Positions 6,288 to 7,936 of a stretch of DNA of 7,936 nt are shown here, one piece after another. The notes below the pieces were generated by a model, which was given only the letters and a program-made list of their open reading frames with translations, had not been told where the DNA came from and did not search any database. Within the stretch, counting starts at the first letter, position 1. Every line of letters begins with the position of its first letter. The translations under genes were made by a program, and so were the position numbers. The stretch is from a virus. Its lineage: Duplodnaviria > Heunggongvirae > Uroviricota > Caudoviricetes. The stretch is from positions 1 through 7,936 of the IMG/VR virus record IMGVR_UViG_2695420871_000002; one strand, written 5' to 3'.

Positions 6288-6498
6288 GAATCACCTTCCA
6301 AGGTCGTTTTGCCTTACGATATTCGTCATAAACTTTGGGGTCGTACTGAAGTTCCCCGCCAGATGCCTCTTGCAGGCGCATCGCGCGACCTTCAGGAACC
6401 AGTTCCCCCCATGCAGCAATGCTTGCCAGCCTAACTCCTGCGGCATTGGCAAGCTTTGTTTTGCTGCCAAAAAACGCTATAGCATCAATTTTCAACAT
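6271..6498 (-). CDS. dicC: DicC-like Cro-type repressor, 75 aa
   Basis: MLKIDAIAFFGSKTKLANAAGVRLAS...EGRAMRLQEASGGELQYDPKVYDEYRK matches E. coli Qin DicC as I recall it. SD AAGGAG 6 nt before the ATG at 6498; divergent from the dicA-like gene. Confidence 0.8.
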   Translation of the reverse strand: MLKIDAIAFFGSKTKLANAAGVRLASIAAWGELVPEGRAMRLQEASGGELQYDPKVYDEYRKAKRPWKVIHENQA

Positions 6499-6505
6499 AT
6501 CGAGC

Positions 6506-6553
6506 TCCTTAGATTTTCCTAAGGAAACTAGATCGTAGAGAAACCTAAGTCAA
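6506..6553 (-). promoter_or_regulatory. PR-like promoter for the dicC-like gene with overlapping operator repeats
   Basis: Minus-strand -35 TTGACT (plus 6548-6553), 17-nt spacer, weak -10 TAGTTT (plus 6525-6530). Inverted repeat TCCTTAG-N6-CTAAGGA at 6506-6525 and CCTAAG at 6544-6549 overlap the promoter. On the + strand, TAGAAT at 6561-6566 sits 8 nt before the dicA ATG with no SD, suggesting a leaderless PRM-like transcript as for lambda cI. Confidence 0.35.
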
Positions 6554-6574
6554 GAAAAATTAGAATTCCCTAAT

Positions 6575-6982
6575 ATGAAAAACGAAACCTTCGGTGCTCG
6601 CCTCTTACATAGGCGTAAAAAATTAAAACTGTCTCAGGCCGCATTAGGTAAGCTGGTCAAAGTGGCTCACGTAACAATTTCTCAATGGGAAAGAGATGAA
6701 ACACAGCCGGCGGGGAAAAGATTATTCGCACTGAGCCAAGCGCTTCAGTGCTCACCGACTTGGCTTCTTTTTGGGGATGAAGATAAACAACCAGGCGAAC
6801 CGATCCCGGATAATCAGCCAGCCATTCTGACAGAAGATCAAAAAGAGTTACTTCAACTGTTCGACGCACTGCCTGAGTCAGAGCAAAAGGCCCTGTTGTC
6901 AGAGATGCGTGCTCGAGTTGAAAATTTCAACAAACTTTTTGAAGAACTACTCAAAGCTCGCAAAAGAAGCGCAAACAAATAA
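6575..6982 (+). CDS. dicA: DicA-like XRE-family HTH repressor (cI analogue), 135 aa
   Basis: LKLSQAALGKLVKVAHVTISQWERDETQPAGKRLFALSQALQCSPTWLLFGDEDKQP...EMRARVENFNKLFEELLKARKR matches E. coli DicA as I recall it, with the same length. Divergent from the dicC-like gene. Confidence 0.85.
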   Translation: MKNETFGARLLHRRKKLKLSQAALGKLVKVAHVTISQWERDETQPAGKRLFALSQALQCSPTWLLFGDEDKQPGEPIPDNQPAILTEDQKELLQLFDALPESEQKALLSEMRARVENFNKLFEELLKARKRSANK

Positions 6983-7054
6983 TCCCCTTTTTTCTCCACA
7001 CCCTGTAATAAAAAGCACAAACTTTCAAACACTTGTGTTTTTTACATCAAAAAA

Positions 7055-7107
7055 CTTAGGTTTTTCTACACAAAAATCTTGACCGCCCACCTTAGGTTAT
7101 TCTAAAT
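7055..7107 (+). promoter_or_regulatory. PL-like promoter flanked by 15-bp direct repeats (putative DicA operators)
   Basis: ACTTAGGTTTTTCTA (7055-7069) and CCTTAGGTTATTCTA (7089-7103) flank -35 TTGACC (7079-7084); -10 candidates CTAAAT/TAAATT at 7102-7108. The CTTAGG core is shared with the dicC/dicA intergenic repeats. Confidence 0.35.
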
Positions 7108-7184
7108 TTCATTCATCAAGACACCGCACGGTGTTCTCAGCAAACAGTTCCGCTACCCCGGCGTTAAGGGGAAATGGGGTCAAC

Positions 7185-7340
7185 ATGAATACTATCGATC
7201 TTGGCAACAACGAATCTCTGGTGTACGGCGTGTTCCCCAACCAGGACGGCACATTCACCGCCATGACGTATACCAAAAGCAAAACGTTTAAAACCGAAGC
7301 TGGCGCACGTCGTTGGTTGGGAAGACATTCAGGTGAGTAA
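7185..7340 (+). CDS. ydfA: YdfA-like small protein (DUF1391-type), 51 aa
   Basis: Track ORF 7131..7340 trimmed to the internal ATG at 7185 (MNTIDLGNNESLVYGVFPNQDGTFTAMTYTKSKTFKTEAGARRWLGRHSGE). Resembles Qin YdfA as recalled, and sits downstream of dicA as in Qin. Confidence 0.6.
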   Translation: MNTIDLGNNESLVYGVFPNQDGTFTAMTYTKSKTFKTEAGARRWLGRHSGE

Positions 7341-7341
7341 A

Positions 7342-7545
7342 ATGAACGAGACAGAATTAAAACACGTTATCGCTCTACTCCTAGAAGATGCAAAACGCCT
7401 CCAGCAACTGGAGCCAAATGCAGGCACTGGGGCACGCATCTGGCTGGCTAAAGAAGCGCTGGAATCTGGCGATTATGATAGCGAAGAAGCCTTCTACAAA
7501 GCAGAAGGCCGTGCAGGATATTCACCGGGTCTTGGCGGGGTATAA
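7342..7545 (+). CDS. ydfB: YdfB-like small protein, 67 aa
   Basis: ATG at 7342 preceded by AGGTGAG (track ORF starts at GTG 7333). MNETELKHVIALLLEDAKRLQQLEP... follows the ydfA-like gene. Its 3' end overlaps the convergent 7522..7818 ORF by 24 nt, so the true stop is uncertain. Confidence 0.5.
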   Translation: MNETELKHVIALLLEDAKRLQQLEPNAGTGARIWLAKEALESGDYDSEEAFYKAEGRAGYSPGLGGV

Positions 7546-7818
7546 ATACCATGCGCATTGACTGAATTCGCAAACAAAAACAGACGCGCGATACCTGGAT
7601 AGTCGGTCTGCATAGTCAGATATCTGGCTGCGAATTTGATAAATATCACCGCCCTTTTCGGAAACATAAGTTCCGTCCGGGAGTTGATTATACGAACCAT
7701 CTCCATGGGGGATCGTTCTCCTGAATCCTAGTGAGAGCATATATTTATGAAGCCCTTCGTAATCCTCTGGCTCAGCATTATATAGTTCTACTCTGGCGAG
7801 ATACGTTGGCATATTCAT
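7522..7818 (-). CDS. Hypothetical protein, 98 aa, convergent to the PL-like operon
   Basis: ORF 7522..7818 with AAGGA just before the ATG (short spacing). Composition looks protein-like (MNMPTYLARVELYNAEPEDYEGLHKYMLSLGF...). No family recognised. Confidence 0.4.
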   Translation of the reverse strand: MNMPTYLARVELYNAEPEDYEGLHKYMLSLGFRRTIPHGDGSYNQLPDGTYVSEKGGDIYQIRSQISDYADRLSRYRASVFVCEFSQCAWYLYPAKTR

Positions 7819-7922
7819 TTCCTTACTGGTTGTGTGAGAACTTCAGTAAAGATACCACTGAGGTAGCCTGAGTTTAACGGACACTCCTTCCTGAAATAGA
7901 ATGGCATCAGAAGGAGCTAATA

Positions 7923-7936
7923 ATGAGCAGAAAAAC
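7923..7936 (+). CDS. 5' end of a gene truncated by the window edge (MSRK...)
   Basis: AAGGAG at 7910-7915 sits 7 nt before the ATG at 7923; only 4 codons are visible. Confidence 0.25.

Noticed and set aside
5913-6522. Plus-strand ORFs 5913..6206 and 6028..6522
   Set aside because: Antisense to the YdaT-like and dicC-like genes; the second would run through the divergent promoter region.
6657-6869. Minus-strand ORF 6657..6869
   Set aside because: Antisense shadow inside the well-supported dicA-like gene.
7494-7706. Minus-strand ORF 7494..7706 (70 aa)
   Set aside because: Alternative frame overlapping the 98-aa ORF; product less protein-like and no SD.
1-7936. IS elements, transposases, integrase or rRNA
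   Set aside because: No ORF with transposase or integrase motifs, no terminal inverted repeats and no rRNA-like sequence seen.

Overview
This window reads as the early/regulatory half of a DicA/DicC-type (Qin/Rac-like) lambdoid prophage from an enterobacterium, with the lambda map running right-to-left on the + strand. From high to low coordinates: a PL-like operon (YdfA-like, YdfB-like), a DicA-like repressor divergent from a DicC-like Cro analogue, a YdaT-like gene, an O-like replication initiator and DnaC-like helicase loader, a winged-helix protein, a Zn-ribbon protein, a QueH (DUF208) homologue, a hok/sok-type toxin locus, a 95-aa hypothetical, DUF1367, DUF1364 (YbcO-like) and a putative Q antiterminator. 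All family assignments are from motif recognition and recalled homologues, not from a database search. The points most worth a second look are the QueH-like gene in a prophage, three 19-bp palindromes sharing GTAACGC/GCGTTAC arms around the initiator gene (candidate origin or operator sites), and two genes (initiator and YdaT-like) whose reading frames are each broken by an apparent -1 shift. I found no CRISPR array, rRNA, intact tRNA or IS element.
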